Shown in pieces: positions 10,032-22,289 of a DNA stretch of 64,000 bases. How positions within the stretch are numbered: position 1 is the stretch's first letter; every line of letters starts with the position of its first letter. Source of the DNA: Macrostomum lignano (lineage: Eukaryota); the NCBI GenBank assembly GCA_002269645.1, contig NIVC01001603.1, positions 5,082 to 69,081 of the forward strand, given 5' to 3'. The notes under the pieces were generated by a model. That model had not been told where the DNA came from, did not search any database, and worked only from the letters and a program-made list of their open reading frames with translations. The translations under genes and the position numbers were made by a program.

Positions 10032-11205
10032 TCAAGCCTGTAGGCTAGCGAAATTGTTCATCTGCTGCAAGTCTGGATCTGTAGGACCCGAGCGACTAGA
10101 GTCTTCACTGCAATTGCTGCAACGCTGCACACGGAACAGAGTCACGAACCGCTGCCGATAATTTGGGTTCTTCCAGAGCAGAAGCAGCCAGTTGCCGCTT
10201 TGGTTGAAGATGACCAGCGCCTCGCTTACTTTCGAAATTTTCACCAGAGCGCGCAGAAGCTGAGCATCTGCCACCGTGTCATATTCTCGAATAAATTCAA
10301 CTGCAAGAATGATGAGAACACTCGGCAGAGAGCACAGAGCGAGAAGGACAGACATGGCTACGCACAGAATTGTGTTAGACATCTTGTCTCTTTCCTCAGC
10401 AGCTGTTCCAAGCGAAGCCGAGAGCTGACGGTGCTGTCGCAAGATGGCGACCAGCTTGAAGACCAAGTAGCAATTCGCGAGCAGCACGCAGAGTATCGGC
10501 AGAGTCGGAGGCTGCAAGAACAGCACCATGTACAGTGTATACACTCAGCAAGGTTCGGAGTGCACCTTGGATGCTGGAGTAAACTTTGCAGATCGTCATC
10601 ATGGGTCCAGTGGGTCCAAACTGCAACTCGTCCCAGCCGTACGCAGCCAGACAGACGGAGCTCAGTGCCAATGAAGCCGCGACAGCTGCACCACAAACTC
10701 GCCAGGCCGTGCGGTGCGACACAACTTGGAAGCGAAACGGCATGGCCAGGCACAGAGCTCGGTCCAGCACCATCGCCAGAAAGATGCACATCGACTGCAG
10801 GCTGAGCCACTTCTGAGCGAAACGATGCACAGTGCAAACTGTAGAAGAGTAGTTTGACACGATAAAGCCCAGTCGACCGCCGCTCACCCACGGCAGCCCT
10901 CGAGTGAGAAGCAGGTCAAGGCAGCCAGATACCAGCAGGGAGGCGTTGTCAGCAATCGCCATGGCGCCCAGGTAAACGTTTAGCCGGGAGCGCTCTGCAC
11001 CGCGACCCAGCGTGATCCAGGCCGTGATGCAGTTGCCAAAGAGTCCGGACACGATCACCAGAGGCAGCAGCAGGCCGGTCACAATGCCGTAGGCTGTGCT
11101 GATGGGGCAGAAGATGCGTCGATTTGGCGCATTCGGCAGGCAGTCGACAAAGACGCCCTTGAGAGTGGCGTAGAATTGCGTCCTTACGACGGACGAGTTC
11201 GCCAT
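10032..11205 (-). CDS. Intronless rhodopsin-class (peptide-receptor-like) GPCR with a single frameshift near 10530-10544
   Basis: TM1 GLFGNCIT, TM2 AMAIADN, TM3 MVLDRALCLAMPFR, TM4 in ORF 10396-11205; TM5-TM7 (LPILCVLLANCYLV, LLALCSLPS, FNQSGNWLLL..NPNYRQ) in ORF 10032-10544. Total span is 3n+1 nt. Confidence 0.85.
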
Positions 11206-11584
11206 GGTTTGTCAGGGGAAGTTGAGGTTGCCTTCGATCTTGGTTTAGCGATGCAGTCTTTATATACGCAGGCGGGTCAGGAACGCCTCTAGCTGTAGAT
11301 AACTGCTTTCGTTTGATGGGATTATCCTTTTCATTTTTACCTATCCCAGGATCAATTTAAACTGAAGAAGCAATATTTCTTAAAAAGTAATCGAAAGTTG
11401 AAAGGGGTATTAATCTGTGTTTTTTTTAATTGTCCAGAAGTCTTTGACGTCGAGAATAACCAATTCTGACTGTTATTTGCTGGAATATGCATCGTTTCTT
11501 ATTAAAAAGCAAAGAACCGAGATTACTGGAGGCAGTTTGTCTGATCTAAGCAGACAAGGCTGCAAGAAGGTTTTTTACCACATT

Positions 11585-11850
11585 GTTCGGGGGTGTCCCT
11601 GTCTCTTGCTTGGCGTCCCTGTCTCTTTATTGCCATTCCTATGTCTTGTTGGGCGTCCCTGTCTCTTAGTGGGCGTCCCTGTCTCTTGATAGGCATCCTT
11701 GTCTCTTGGTGGACGCACCTGTCTCTTGGTGCCCTACAGCCTCTCTCCTTCTCTCTCCTTCTCCCTGCCGCCTCTCCTTCTCTCTCCTTCTCCCTGCAGC
11801 CTCTCTCCTTCTCCCTGCAGCCTCTCCTTCTCTCTCCTTTTCTCTGCTTA
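11585..11850. repeat. Composite minisatellite (GCGTCCCTGTCTCTT units, then CTCTCTCCTTCTCCCTGCMG units)
   Basis: Visible tandem units; the second part recurs at 34310-34560. Confidence 0.8.
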
Positions 11851-11984
11851 CTTAGGCACGATCCAAAGAAGCAAGAAGCGGTAGCCCCCTGATATCTCAC
11901 TGTTGTTATATCTTCCAGTCAGATCATGAAGCAAAGAGAATTGTAACTGTTATGAGTCAACGCGTAAATTTCTTTAACACAGTA

Positions 11985-12420
11985 ATTAGATTTCCATTCT
12001 AGAAGCTAAATTAGACTTTTTATCTTTATTTTACATGTATATTGTTTAGTCCAATAAGGAGATTCGAGATTCTGGAATAACTCCGCATGCTGATTAAACA
12101 TATAAAAATTGTAATGAACATTAGCGAAAAATCAATACTAACGAAGTGCAGTTTTATAGGTAATTATAGTAGGCTGATACATGTGTATGTCTATCAATTC
12201 ATCTGTCAATAGTCCAATAAATAGTCCATACGAGCGTACGTATAACATTTCGAGTCAGAAAGGGCCTGTTCACATATCTTTAAACAATCAAGTATACTGG
12301 CAAATAGTACTACACCACGTATTTATCGTCTTGGAGGCAAAATTATACAAACCATGATCGTAAGGGCGTACTGCAACTTTTGCTGCACAGGTGTGTTAAA
12401 GTAATCGTGTGCTTTAAAAT
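11985..12420 (+). repeat. Dispersed repeat, second copy at ~28785-29130
   Basis: Shared blocks TTTCCATTCTAGARGCTAAAT, ATTGTTTAGTCCAA, GATTCGAGATTCYGGAAT, CAGAAAGGGCCTG, GCAAAATTATRCAAACCAYGATC in direct orientation. Confidence 0.7.
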
Positions 12421-12552
12421 TTCCCGTCTGTTATAATGTAAAATTTTTATAGAAGGGTTGTTCAAACCGCTACTCAATGACTGTAACCAGAGTTCGATAT
12501 TTTCCGCATAAGATAGTCACTTTTATTGCTGCAAAAGTTACCGTTAGAGTTA

Positions 12553-14929
12553 CTACTTGCAGGAGCCGTCGACCAGCAGTCGCAGCATCATGAAGCCGTG
12601 CTCGCTGGCCGTGTGCACCCGTGGTGGCCACGCAGCCGCTGCCACCGCAGAAAGAGCCGCCGCCGCCTCCGGCGTAACTGCTGCGAGTCCCAGGTCCGCC
12701 GCCGCTGCAGCCTCCGCAGGCTCCTGCCGCTCCTTTTATGGCAGCCGCGCCTCTGCCTCCACCACCGCCGAAGCCACCGTCAGCTGGGCTGCCTTTTCCA
12801 GCGCTGCCACCGACCCAGCCGTCGGTGCGACTACCGCCTCTGTCTCTGTACGAGATGCTTGCGCGGGCGGCGGCGGGCTTGCCAAGCCAACCGGCTCCGC
12901 AGCCACCAGGCTAGGGTTTCTTTCGGCAGCCGCAGTGCTTTGGTCGTTGCTGCGCGGTTGTCCGTTGGCGCCTCCGATGCCCATCTGATTCGGCTGCAAC
13001 CATTTAAATATACCAAAGTATTGCTGTTTCACTGAGCGAAATTAAATTGTATGCTCAGAAGTGCTACTACTTTGAGTAGTAACGTTTTGGTGATTTTTAA
13101 AGCAAGGGCTTATAAAATTTTACCTACGAAGTCTAAACACTTCATGAAAAAAAAACTTTCTAAATCGCACCGACTTACATCTTCGGTACCGACAGATCCC
13201 GTTGCGTTATTTCCCGCCTCACCTGACTGTCCTAAAAAGTGAGTCATAGTTGACGATGCGGTATAAACTACGTCTGAATTTGATGCATATTGTCAAGTTG
13301 TTGACAAAAATCAATCGAAAACTCTCACTAACGTACTGATAAGATGCGCCTCCGCCTCCGCTAGCAGCCATCAGCAGACCATTGTCCAATGTCCGGTACA
13401 CGAAGCTGCCTCCGCCACCACCACCGCCAGCGCACTCGTTGGTATGCGCTGTGCCTCCGGCCTATCCGACAACAATGGACAGCTGAGTGCCCGCGGCCAG
13501 AATGACATTGCCAGCGATCAGGGCTCCTCTACCTCCGTGTTTCTGATTTCTACCAAAGCTGTCGCCACCCTTGGCTCCGGCGATCTTGACATGATAGCAG
13601 CCAGTCACGCTGATTGTCATCTGCTGTATGGCACCATGTCGACCAGTTGAAGTGTCTGAATGGGTAGTTATTTTTCACTCGTAGAACAATAATGATAGAA
13701 GTGCCATAAAAGCACTCACAACCATATCTAATAAAGCCTAATCGAGTTGATTCATAGTCAACCAAGTGGATAATTGGATTACATATTCGACGAGATTAAA
13801 AATTTCAATGTAATTTTCACGATCTATTTTTGTAGAAAAGGCAACAAATCAACTTTCAAAAAGTGATTTTTCCCGTGAAGTTGAAGATAAAAATAAGCTA
13901 CGTATCTCAGTTACTTATTTTATTAGAGGCAGGGGGGTTGTGTGCATCCTGGCGCACTTTAAGCGACATAGGCACACAACCGGCGAGAGGCATTACTGCC
14001 CATTCCGCTGACTCCCCTGAGCAGGCATACAAGCGCGCGGATACGTACGCAGGCACACACTCACACAGGAGTGTACAGCGGCCCTAACTTTATATTATCG
14101 TTAGGCATTTACACTTCACTGCGCCTTAGGGGGTTGGCTCTCAAGGCCGTTAATTGCATGAGCAGAGCCAAGCCGAGATTCCAATTCAGCCCCAAATTAA
14201 TGTGACTGCACTTGGAATCGAGCCTGGGTCGCTGGCACACCAGAGCAGCTGCGCTACCGCTGGGCTACGGCCCCCCTAGCTACGTATCTCAGTACTCGGT
14301 ACGTGGTACTCGGTACTCTTTAAATATACTCAGCAAAATTTAAATCCATGCGCAGTGAGCAAATTTCTTGGGCTATTCTGAAATAAAAGGTACGAGAAAA
14401 CTGAGGGGTAGCTTTAATCCGTCCAGCCCTCGCACACCGCTCCCCTTACTTCATTCCTCAACTCGCAAAGATTGAGAGACTTCAGCTGCACTCTCACAAG
14501 TGGCGACAACAGACGGAATCTTCTGTGCTGGCAAATTTTTATTAGGAACTGTGTAGAATATCAACTGAAGTGAGCTTATGTTGTTGCATTTCGTCTCCGC
14601 AGAAATCGTTTCTTTCGATTTTTTATTGTCTGCAAAAACGGGTATATTGAAACTTCAAGTCTGTTAGTCTCGACTAAATCGAGAGAGCATTGACAATAAG
14701 TCTCACTCGTGACGAAGCATCTCATGTTGATTTTAGAGTCCAGGCCCATTAATTCATCAAGGTTTAAAATCTTGAGCACTATCAATTGAGCTTCGGTTCT
14801 CAAACGTCTCGTCTTGTTGCTGGCGACGGACCCTGACACCTCTGGTACCGTCAGCAGCAGCCGGCACAGTTTGCTGCTCTTCTGGAACTCCAACGCAACG
14901 CAGCCTTTCACCCGGCACAGCATCAGGCA
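12553..14929 (-). pseudogene. Gene B: pseudogenised inverted duplicate of gene A
   Basis: Exons 14929-14707 (5'-truncated PAN), 13655-13329, 13231-13179, 12993-12553 are near-identical to A. Premature TAG at 13462-13464 (CAG in A) and a 5-nt insertion frameshift at ~12906-12915. Confidence 0.85.
13912..14277 (-). mobile_element. tRNA-derived SINE with 16-bp TSD in an intron of gene B
   Basis: Head GGGGCCGTAGCCCAGCGGTAGCG..GGCTCGATTCC (A- and B-box-like), A-rich tail, TSD AGCTACGTATCTCAGT (13896-13911, 14278-14293); absent from the homologous intron of gene A. Confidence 0.85.
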
Positions 14930-15518
14930 AATACATGACAATAACCAATTGTTTTACTATTGATTTACTCATTCATGTTAAACGTACGAGTAGAGAGTTT
15001 TTACCACTGGCTGACAGCAAAATACGAGTTGTATGTTCAATTGAGGATAAAGTTACTTAATCCCCTTATTCGATTCTAAGCTACAGTTACTTTTGATTGT
15101 TAAAGAAGCAACCGATTTTGTTCGAACTTAATCGAATAACTTTTTGGAAGAGAACGCAAGAAATTCATTATCTGCTTTGACGCACTTTATAGCTCGTAAA
15201 GAGCTATCAATGGATGAGTACAGTGCGTAACTTTATGTAAATGTTTTGCCAAAGTATTCGATGTTTATACTTTAACTATTTTGCAAAAAGTACACAAATC
15301 GTTTTTGCTCCAGACAAAAGTATGCATTTACGAGTAGTATTGGACAGAGATAAATAATCCAATACAGTATAGATATAGATCATAACTAGCAATCTTCGCC
15401 CCCCGTTGGGGGACATCTGTATAGAATCTCTGCTCTCTACAAGTAACAAAAAGATAGCCAAATAAAGCATTCACAAAGAAAACAGACAAAATACTTAAAT
15501 GAAGTGTAATGCAAAAAG

Positions 15519-16030
15519 ACAGCAAGCATCCCCCAGATAGCAAGCATCCCCCAGATTGCAAGCATCCCCCGGATAGCAAGCATCCCCCAGATAGCAAGCA
15601 TCCCCCAGATAGCAAGCATCCCCCAGATAGCAAGCATCCCCCAGATAGCAAGCATCCCCCAGATAGCAAGCATCCCCCAGATAGCAAGCATCCCCCAGAT
15701 AGCAAGCATCCCCCAGATAGCAAGCATCCCCAGATAGATAGCATCCCCCAAATAGCAAGCATCCCCCAGATAGCAAGCATCCCCAGATAGATAGCATCCC
15801 CCAAATAGCAAGCATCCCCCAGATAGCAAGCATCCCCAAGGTAGCAAGCACCCCCCAGATAGCAAGCATCCCCAGATAGCAAGCACCCCCCAGATAGCAA
15901 GGATCCCCAGAAAGCAAGCATCCCAAGATAGCAAGCTTCCCCCAGATAGCAAGCATCCCCCAGATAGCAAGCATCTTCCAGAGAGCAAGCTCCCCCAGAT
16001 AGATAGCATCCCCAAATAGCAAGCATCCAC
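15519..16030. repeat. 18-bp satellite (GATAGCAAGCATCCCCCA)n
   Basis: Visible tandem array with 17/18-bp variants. Confidence 0.95.
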
Positions 16031-16109
16031 CAGACAATAAGTAGCTAGTGCGACAATTTCCTTAGCATTATAGTGGCTAAGGATTCGCTTATTTTTACGT
16101 TTGAAATTG

Positions 16110-18610
16110 TGTATCTTTTATGTTTGGCATGGTGGCTCTTTAATGTTTGACATGGTGGCTCTTTTATGTTGACATGGTGGCTCTTTTATACTTGACATGG
16201 TGGCTCTTTACTGTTCGAAATGGTGGCTCTTTTATGTTTGACATGGTGGCTCTTTTAGGTTTGACATGATGGCACTATTATGTTTGACATGGTGGCTTTT
16301 TAATGTTTGACATGTTGGCTCTTTAATGTTAGACAAAGTGGCTTTTTAATGTTTGACATGGTGGCTCTTTTATGTTCGACATGGTGGCTTTTTACTGTTT
16401 GAAATGGTGGCTCTTTAATGTTCTACATGGTAACTGTTTTATGTTTGATACGGTGGCTTTTTAATGTCTGACATGGTGGCTATTTTATGTTTGACATGGT
16501 GGCTCTTCTATGTTTAACATGGTGGATCTTAAATGTTAGACACGGTGACTCTATAATGTTCAACATGGTGGCTCTTTAATTAATATTCTATATGGTGGCT
16601 CTTTTTTGTTCGACATGGTGGCTCTTTAATGTTTTACATGGTGGCTCTTAAATGTTTGACATGGTGGCTCTTAAATGTTTGACATGGTAGCTCTTTAATA
16701 TTCTACATTGTGGCTCTTAAGTGTTCGAAATTGTGGATCTTTTAGGTTTGACATGATGGCTGTTTAATGTTCAACATAGTGGCTCTTTAATATTCTACAT
16801 GGTGGCTCTTTTATGTTTAACATGGTGGCTCTTAAATGTTTGACATGGTGGCTCTTTAATGTTCGAAATGGAGGCTCTTTTGTTTTACATGGTGGCTCTT
16901 TAATGTTTGACATGGTGGCTCTTTAATGTTTGACATAAAGTCACTTATATGTTCGAAATGGTGGCTCTTTAATATTTTACATTGTGGCTCTTAAGTGTTC
17001 GACATGGTGGCTCTTTTAGGTTTAACATGGTGGCTCTTTTAGGTTTAACATGGTGGCTCTTTTAGGTTTAACATGGTGGCTCTTTTAGGTTTAACATGGT
17101 GGCTCTTTTAGGTTTAACATGGTGGCTCTTTTAGGTTTAACATGGTGGCTCTTAAATGTTCGACATGGTGGCTCTTTAATGTTCGACATGGTGGCTCTTT
17201 AATATTCTTCATGTTATAGCTCTTTCATGTTTGACATGGTGGCTCTTTTATGGTCGACATGGTGGCTCTTTAATGTTCGAAATGGTGGCTCTTTAATGTT
17301 TGACATGTTGGCTCTTTTATGTTTGACATGTTGGCTCTTTTATGTTTGACATGGTGGATATTTAATGTTCGAAATAGTGGCTCTTTTATGGTCGACATGG
17401 TGGCTCTTTAATGTTCGAAATGGTGGCTCTTTAATGTTCGAAATAGTGGCTCTTTTATTTTCGACATGGTGGCTCTTTTAGGTTTGACATGGTGGCTCTT
17501 TAATGTTCGACATGGTGGCTCTTTAATGTTTGACATGGTGGCTCTTTAATGTTTTACATGGTTGCTCTTTTTTGTTCGACATGGTGGCTCTTTAATGTTT
17601 GACATGGTAGCTCTGTTATGTCCGAAATGGTGGCTCTTTAATGTTTGACATAAAGTCACATATATGTTTGACATGGTGGCTCTTAAATGTTTGACATGGT
17701 GGCTCTTTATGTTTGACATGTTGGCTCTTTTATGTTCGAAATGGTGGCTCTTTTTTGTTCTACATGTTAACTCTTTTTATTTGATACGGTGGCTTTTTTA
17801 ATGTCTGACATGTTGGCTCTTTAATGTTCGACAAAGTGGCTCTTAAATGTTTGACATAGTGGCTCTTCAATGTTTGACAATGTGGCTTTTGAATGTTTGA
17901 CATGGTAGCTCTGTTATGTTCGACATGGTGGCTCTTCTAGGTTTGACACGAAGGCTCTTAAATGTTTAACATGGTGGCTCTTTAATGTTTCACATGGTGG
18001 CTCTTTAATGTTTTACATGGTGGCTCTTTTATGTTTGACTTGGTAGCTCTTTGTTATTTTACATGGCAGCTCTTTTATGTTCGACATGGTGGCTCTTTAA
18101 TATTCTTCATGTTATAGCTCTTTCATGTTTGACATGGTGGCTCTTTAATGTTCGAAATGGTGGCTCTTTAATGTTTAACACAAAGTCACATATATGTTTG
18201 ACATGGTGGCTCTTAAATGTTTGACATGGTGGCTCTTTATGTTTGACATGTTGGCTCTTTTATGTTTGACATGTTGGCTCTTTTATGTTTGACATGGTGG
18301 CTCTTTAATGTTCGAAAAAGTGGCTCCTAAATGTTTGACATAGTGGCTCTTTGATGTTCGAAATAGTGACTCTTTTATTTTCGACATGGTGGCTCTTTAA
18401 TGTTCGAAATGGTGGCTGTTTAATGTTAGAAATGGTGGCTCTTTTATGTTTGACATAAAGTCACTTATATGTTTTATATGGTGCCTCTTAAATATTAGAC
18501 ATGGTGGCTCGTTTAGGTTTGACATGGTGGCTCTTTAATATTCGATATGTTAGCTCTTTTATGTTCGACATGGTGGCTCTTCTATGTTTGACATTGCGCT
18601 TCTTTTATGT
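16110..18610. repeat. 23-bp satellite (TGTTTGACATGGTGGCTCTTTAA)n
   Basis: About 100 diverged units, with homogeneous sub-runs such as ~17005-17150. Confidence 0.95.
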
Positions 18611-19339
18611 TTAGAAGTTTTGTGTTTTTAAGGTGTTTTAATAAAAAAAAATCTTTTTTGCCCTACTAAGATTCGAACCCAAGTCGCTACATTAGCATTC
18701 CAGTCTGTTCGCATCTGGGCTATCTTTTTCAATTGGAGAACATAAATTGTGGCCCTTATAATTCAATTCTTACAGCAAGTCAATTGGAGTAAAAAGTTAT
18801 GACATAATCAATTTCTCAGTCAGCCAGAATCAGTCTCAATTTAAGTTGCCAATATGGTTACGCAATTTCATTCAAGTCGTGTGTGCATTTCTTTGACACT
18901 GTTTTCAACTTGTTGTGATGCAATCTTTATCACAATCGGAATTCAGCCAGTCAGTTTTTTCTCTAGCATTCTTACAATGCATTTCAAGTCGAAAATTTTG
19001 CTTGACCTTTGCAAAAAAGCAGGTTTTTCGAATATTTAATCCCTTTAACATTGAGCAATTTCTTAGCCAGGATGCATGTACCGTCCCAGGAAAATTTCTG
19101 ATCGAATGGTGCAAGTTTGAAGAAAATCGGTTGAGCCAATTTTTCTGAAATCTATCGCATACCTACCCACAGACAACTCATTTTTAGTATATTGGACTAG
19201 CAATCTTCGCCCCCCGTTGGGGGACATCTGTATAGAATCTCTGTTCTCTACAAGTAACAAAAAGATAGCGAAATAAAGCCTTCACAAAGAAAACAGACAA
19301 AATACTCAAATGAAGTGCAATGCAAAAAGAAATCATCGC

Positions 19340-20140
19340 AAGACAGCAAGCATCCCCCACATAGCAAGCATCCCCCAGATTGCAAGCATCCCCCGGATAG
19401 CAAGCATCCCCAGATAGCAAGCATCACCCAAATAGCAAGCATCCCCCAGATAGCAAGAATCCCCAGATAGCAAGCATCCCCCAGATAGCAAGCATCCCCC
19501 AGATAGCAAGCATCCCCCAGATAGCAAGCATCCCCCAGATAGCAAGCATCCCCCAGATAGCAAAAGCATCCCCCAGATAGCAAGCATCCCCCAGATAGCA
19601 AGCATCCCCAGATAGCAAGCATCCCCCAGATAGCAAGCATCCCTCAGATAGCAAGCATCCCCAGATTGCAAGCATCCCCCAGATAGCAAGCATCCCCAGA
19701 TAGCAAGCATCCCTCAGATAGCAAGCATCCCCCAGATAGCAAGCATCCCCCAGATTGCAAGCATCCCCCAGATAGCAAGCATCCCCCAGATAGCAAGCAT
19801 CCCCAGATTGCAAGCATCCCCCGGATAGCAAGCATCCCCAGATAGCAAGCATCCCCCAAATAGCAAGCATCCCCCGGATAGCAAGCATCCCCCAGAAAGC
19901 AAGCATCCCCCAGATAGCAAGCATCCCCCAGATAGCAAGCATCCCCAGATTGCAAGCATCCCCAGATAGCAAGCATCCCCAGATAGCAAGCATCCCCCAG
20001 ATAGCAAGCATCCCCCAGATAGCAAGCATCCCCCAGATAGCAAGCATCCCCAGATAGCAAGCATCCCCCAGATAGCAAGCATCCCTCAGATAGCAAGCAT
20101 CCCCCAGATAGCAAGCATCCCCAAATAGCAAGCATCCACC
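19340..20140. repeat. 18-bp satellite array of Helitron copy 2
   Basis: Same unit as 15519-16030, longer array. Confidence 0.95.
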
Positions 20141-20224
20141 AGACAATAAGTAGCTAGTGCGACAATTTCCTTAGCATTATAGTGGCTTCTTTAAAATTCG
20201 CTCACTTTTACGTTTGAAATTGTG

Positions 20225-21380
20225 TATCTTTTATGTTTGACATGGTGGCTCTTTTATGTTTGAAATGAAGTCACTTATATGTTTGACATGGTGAATCTTT
20301 TAAATGTTTTACAGGTTGGCTCTTTAATTTTCAACATGGTGGCTCTTTTATGTTCGACATAGTGGCTCCTTTATGTTCGACATGGTGGCTCTTTTATGTT
20401 ATACATGGTGGTTCTTTTATGTTCGACATGGCGGCTCCTTTATGTTCGACATGGTGGCTCTCTAATGTTTGACATGGTGGCTCCTTAATGTTTGACATAG
20501 TGGCTCTTTAATATTCAACAAAGTGGCTCTTTAATGTTTGACATAATGACTTTTTAATGTTCAAAATGGTGGCTCTTTAATGTTTGACATGGTGGCTCTT
20601 TAATGTTTGACATGGTGGCTCTTTAATGTTCGACACGATGGCACTTTAATGTTTGACATGGTGGCTCTTTAATGTTCGACATGGTAGCTCTTTAATGTTC
20701 GAAATGTTTTTTTTTGTTTTACAGTGGCTCTTTAATGTTCAACATGGTGGCTCTTTTTTGTTTGAAATAAAGTCTCTTATACGTTTGACATGGTGGCTCT
20801 TAAATGTTCGGCATGATGGCTCTTTAATGTTCGACATGAAGTCACGTATATGTTTGATATAGAGTCACATATATGTTTTACATAGTGGCTCTTTTATGTT
20901 TGACATGGTGGCTCTTTTATGTTTGAAATGGTGGCTCTTTTATGTTTGAAATGGTGGCTCTTTAATGTTTGACATGGTGGCTCTTTAATGTTCGACATGG
21001 TGGCTCTTTACTGTTTGACATAGTGGCTCTTTAATATTTAACATAGTGGCTATTTAATGTTTGACATGGTGGCTCTTTAATGTTTGACACGATGGCACTT
21101 TAATGTTTGACATGGTGGCTCTTTAATGTTTGACATGGTGGCTTCATTATGTTTACATGGTGGCTCTTTAATTTTTGACATTGTGGCCCTTTAATGTTCG
21201 ACATGGTGGTTCTTTAATGTTCGACATGGAGTCACGAATATGCTCGACATGGTGGCTCTTTAATGTTTGACATTGTGGCCTTTTAATGTTCGACATGGTG
21301 GCTCTTTGATGTTTGACATGGTGGCTCTTTAATGTTCGACATGGAGTCGCGTATATGCTTGGCATGGTGGCCCTTTTATG
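20225..21380. repeat. 23-bp satellite array of Helitron copy 2
   Basis: Same unit as 16110-18610, shorter array. Confidence 0.95.
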
Positions 21381-22289
21381 TTTAGCATTTTGTGTTTTGA
21401 AGGTGTTTTGAACCCAGGTCACTACATTAGCAGTCCAGTCTGCTCGCATCTAGGCTATCTCTTTTTTTAATCTGAGAACATGAACTGTGGCCCTTTGAAT
21501 TCAATTCTTACAGCAAGTCAATTGGAGTAAAAAGTTATGACATAATCAATTTCTCGGTCAGCCAGTATCAGTCCCAATTTAAGTTAGCAATATGGTTACG
21601 CAATTTCTATCAAGTAGTGTGTGCATTTCTTTGACACTGTTTTCAACTTTTTGTGATGCAATCTTTATCACAATTGAAATTCAGTCAGTCAGTTTTTTCT
21701 CTCGCATTTTTACAATGCCTTTCAAGTTGAAAGAGCTGCTTGACCTTTGCAAAAAAGCATGTTTTTCGAATATTTAATCCCTTTAAAATTGAGCAATTTC
21801 TTAGCCAAGATGCATGTACCGTCCCAGGAAAATTTCTGATCGAATGGTGCAAGTTTGAAGAAAATCGGTTAAGCCGTTTTTTCTGAAATCCATCTCACAG
21901 AGACACACATTTCATTTTTAGTATATAGGATTTTTAGTATATTGGATTCTGGAATCTATCTCACACATACACACAGACATTTCATTTTTAGTATATAGGA
22001 AGCTGACGCCTTCTTATACAACAGCTCAACTTTTGAAAGCGATGGGACTAAAAGCAATTGGAGCATAAAGTTAGAAGTATAGACTAAACAAATCGAACCC
22101 AGTTCTTCCTTAATTTACAAAAACTAGGATAATCCTACAAGCTCGCTGGTTAAAAAAACTCTCTGAATCTAACTTAACTCATGTTACTGAATCCAGATAA
22201 AAGAGAAGGCTTTTACGGTATCTTTGAAAGCACTAAAATTCTGAGACTTGCTCCCGCATTTATTGACACACCTGTCGTCTAAAGACATT

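Larger units (their letters stand above)
15386..19196 (-). mobile_element. Non-autonomous Helitron copy 1 with internal satellite arrays
   Basis: Minus strand starts TCCAATATACTAAAAATG and ends with hairpin CCCCC-AAC-GGGGG, then GCGAAGATTG, then CTAG|T. No Rep/helicase ORF. Confidence 0.8.
19197..21930 (-). mobile_element. Non-autonomous Helitron copy 2, head-to-tail with copy 1
   Basis: 5' A|TCCTATATACTAAAAATGAAATG; its 3' hairpin+CTAG (19197-19200) abuts the 5' TC of copy 1. Same internal order of blocks. Confidence 0.8.

Noticed and set aside
14205-14277. tRNA gene
   Set aside because: No closed cloverleaf; it is the head of a TSD-flanked SINE. The same applies to 55168-55240 and 18665-18725.
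16110-18610. CRISPR-like regular array
   Set aside because: Contiguous tandem units with no unique spacers and no cas genes, in eukaryotic context.
15328-21449. Long ORFs with MLAIWG / LSGGCL / GDACYL repeats
   Set aside because: Translations of the 18-bp satellite, open in all frames, inside a Helitron.
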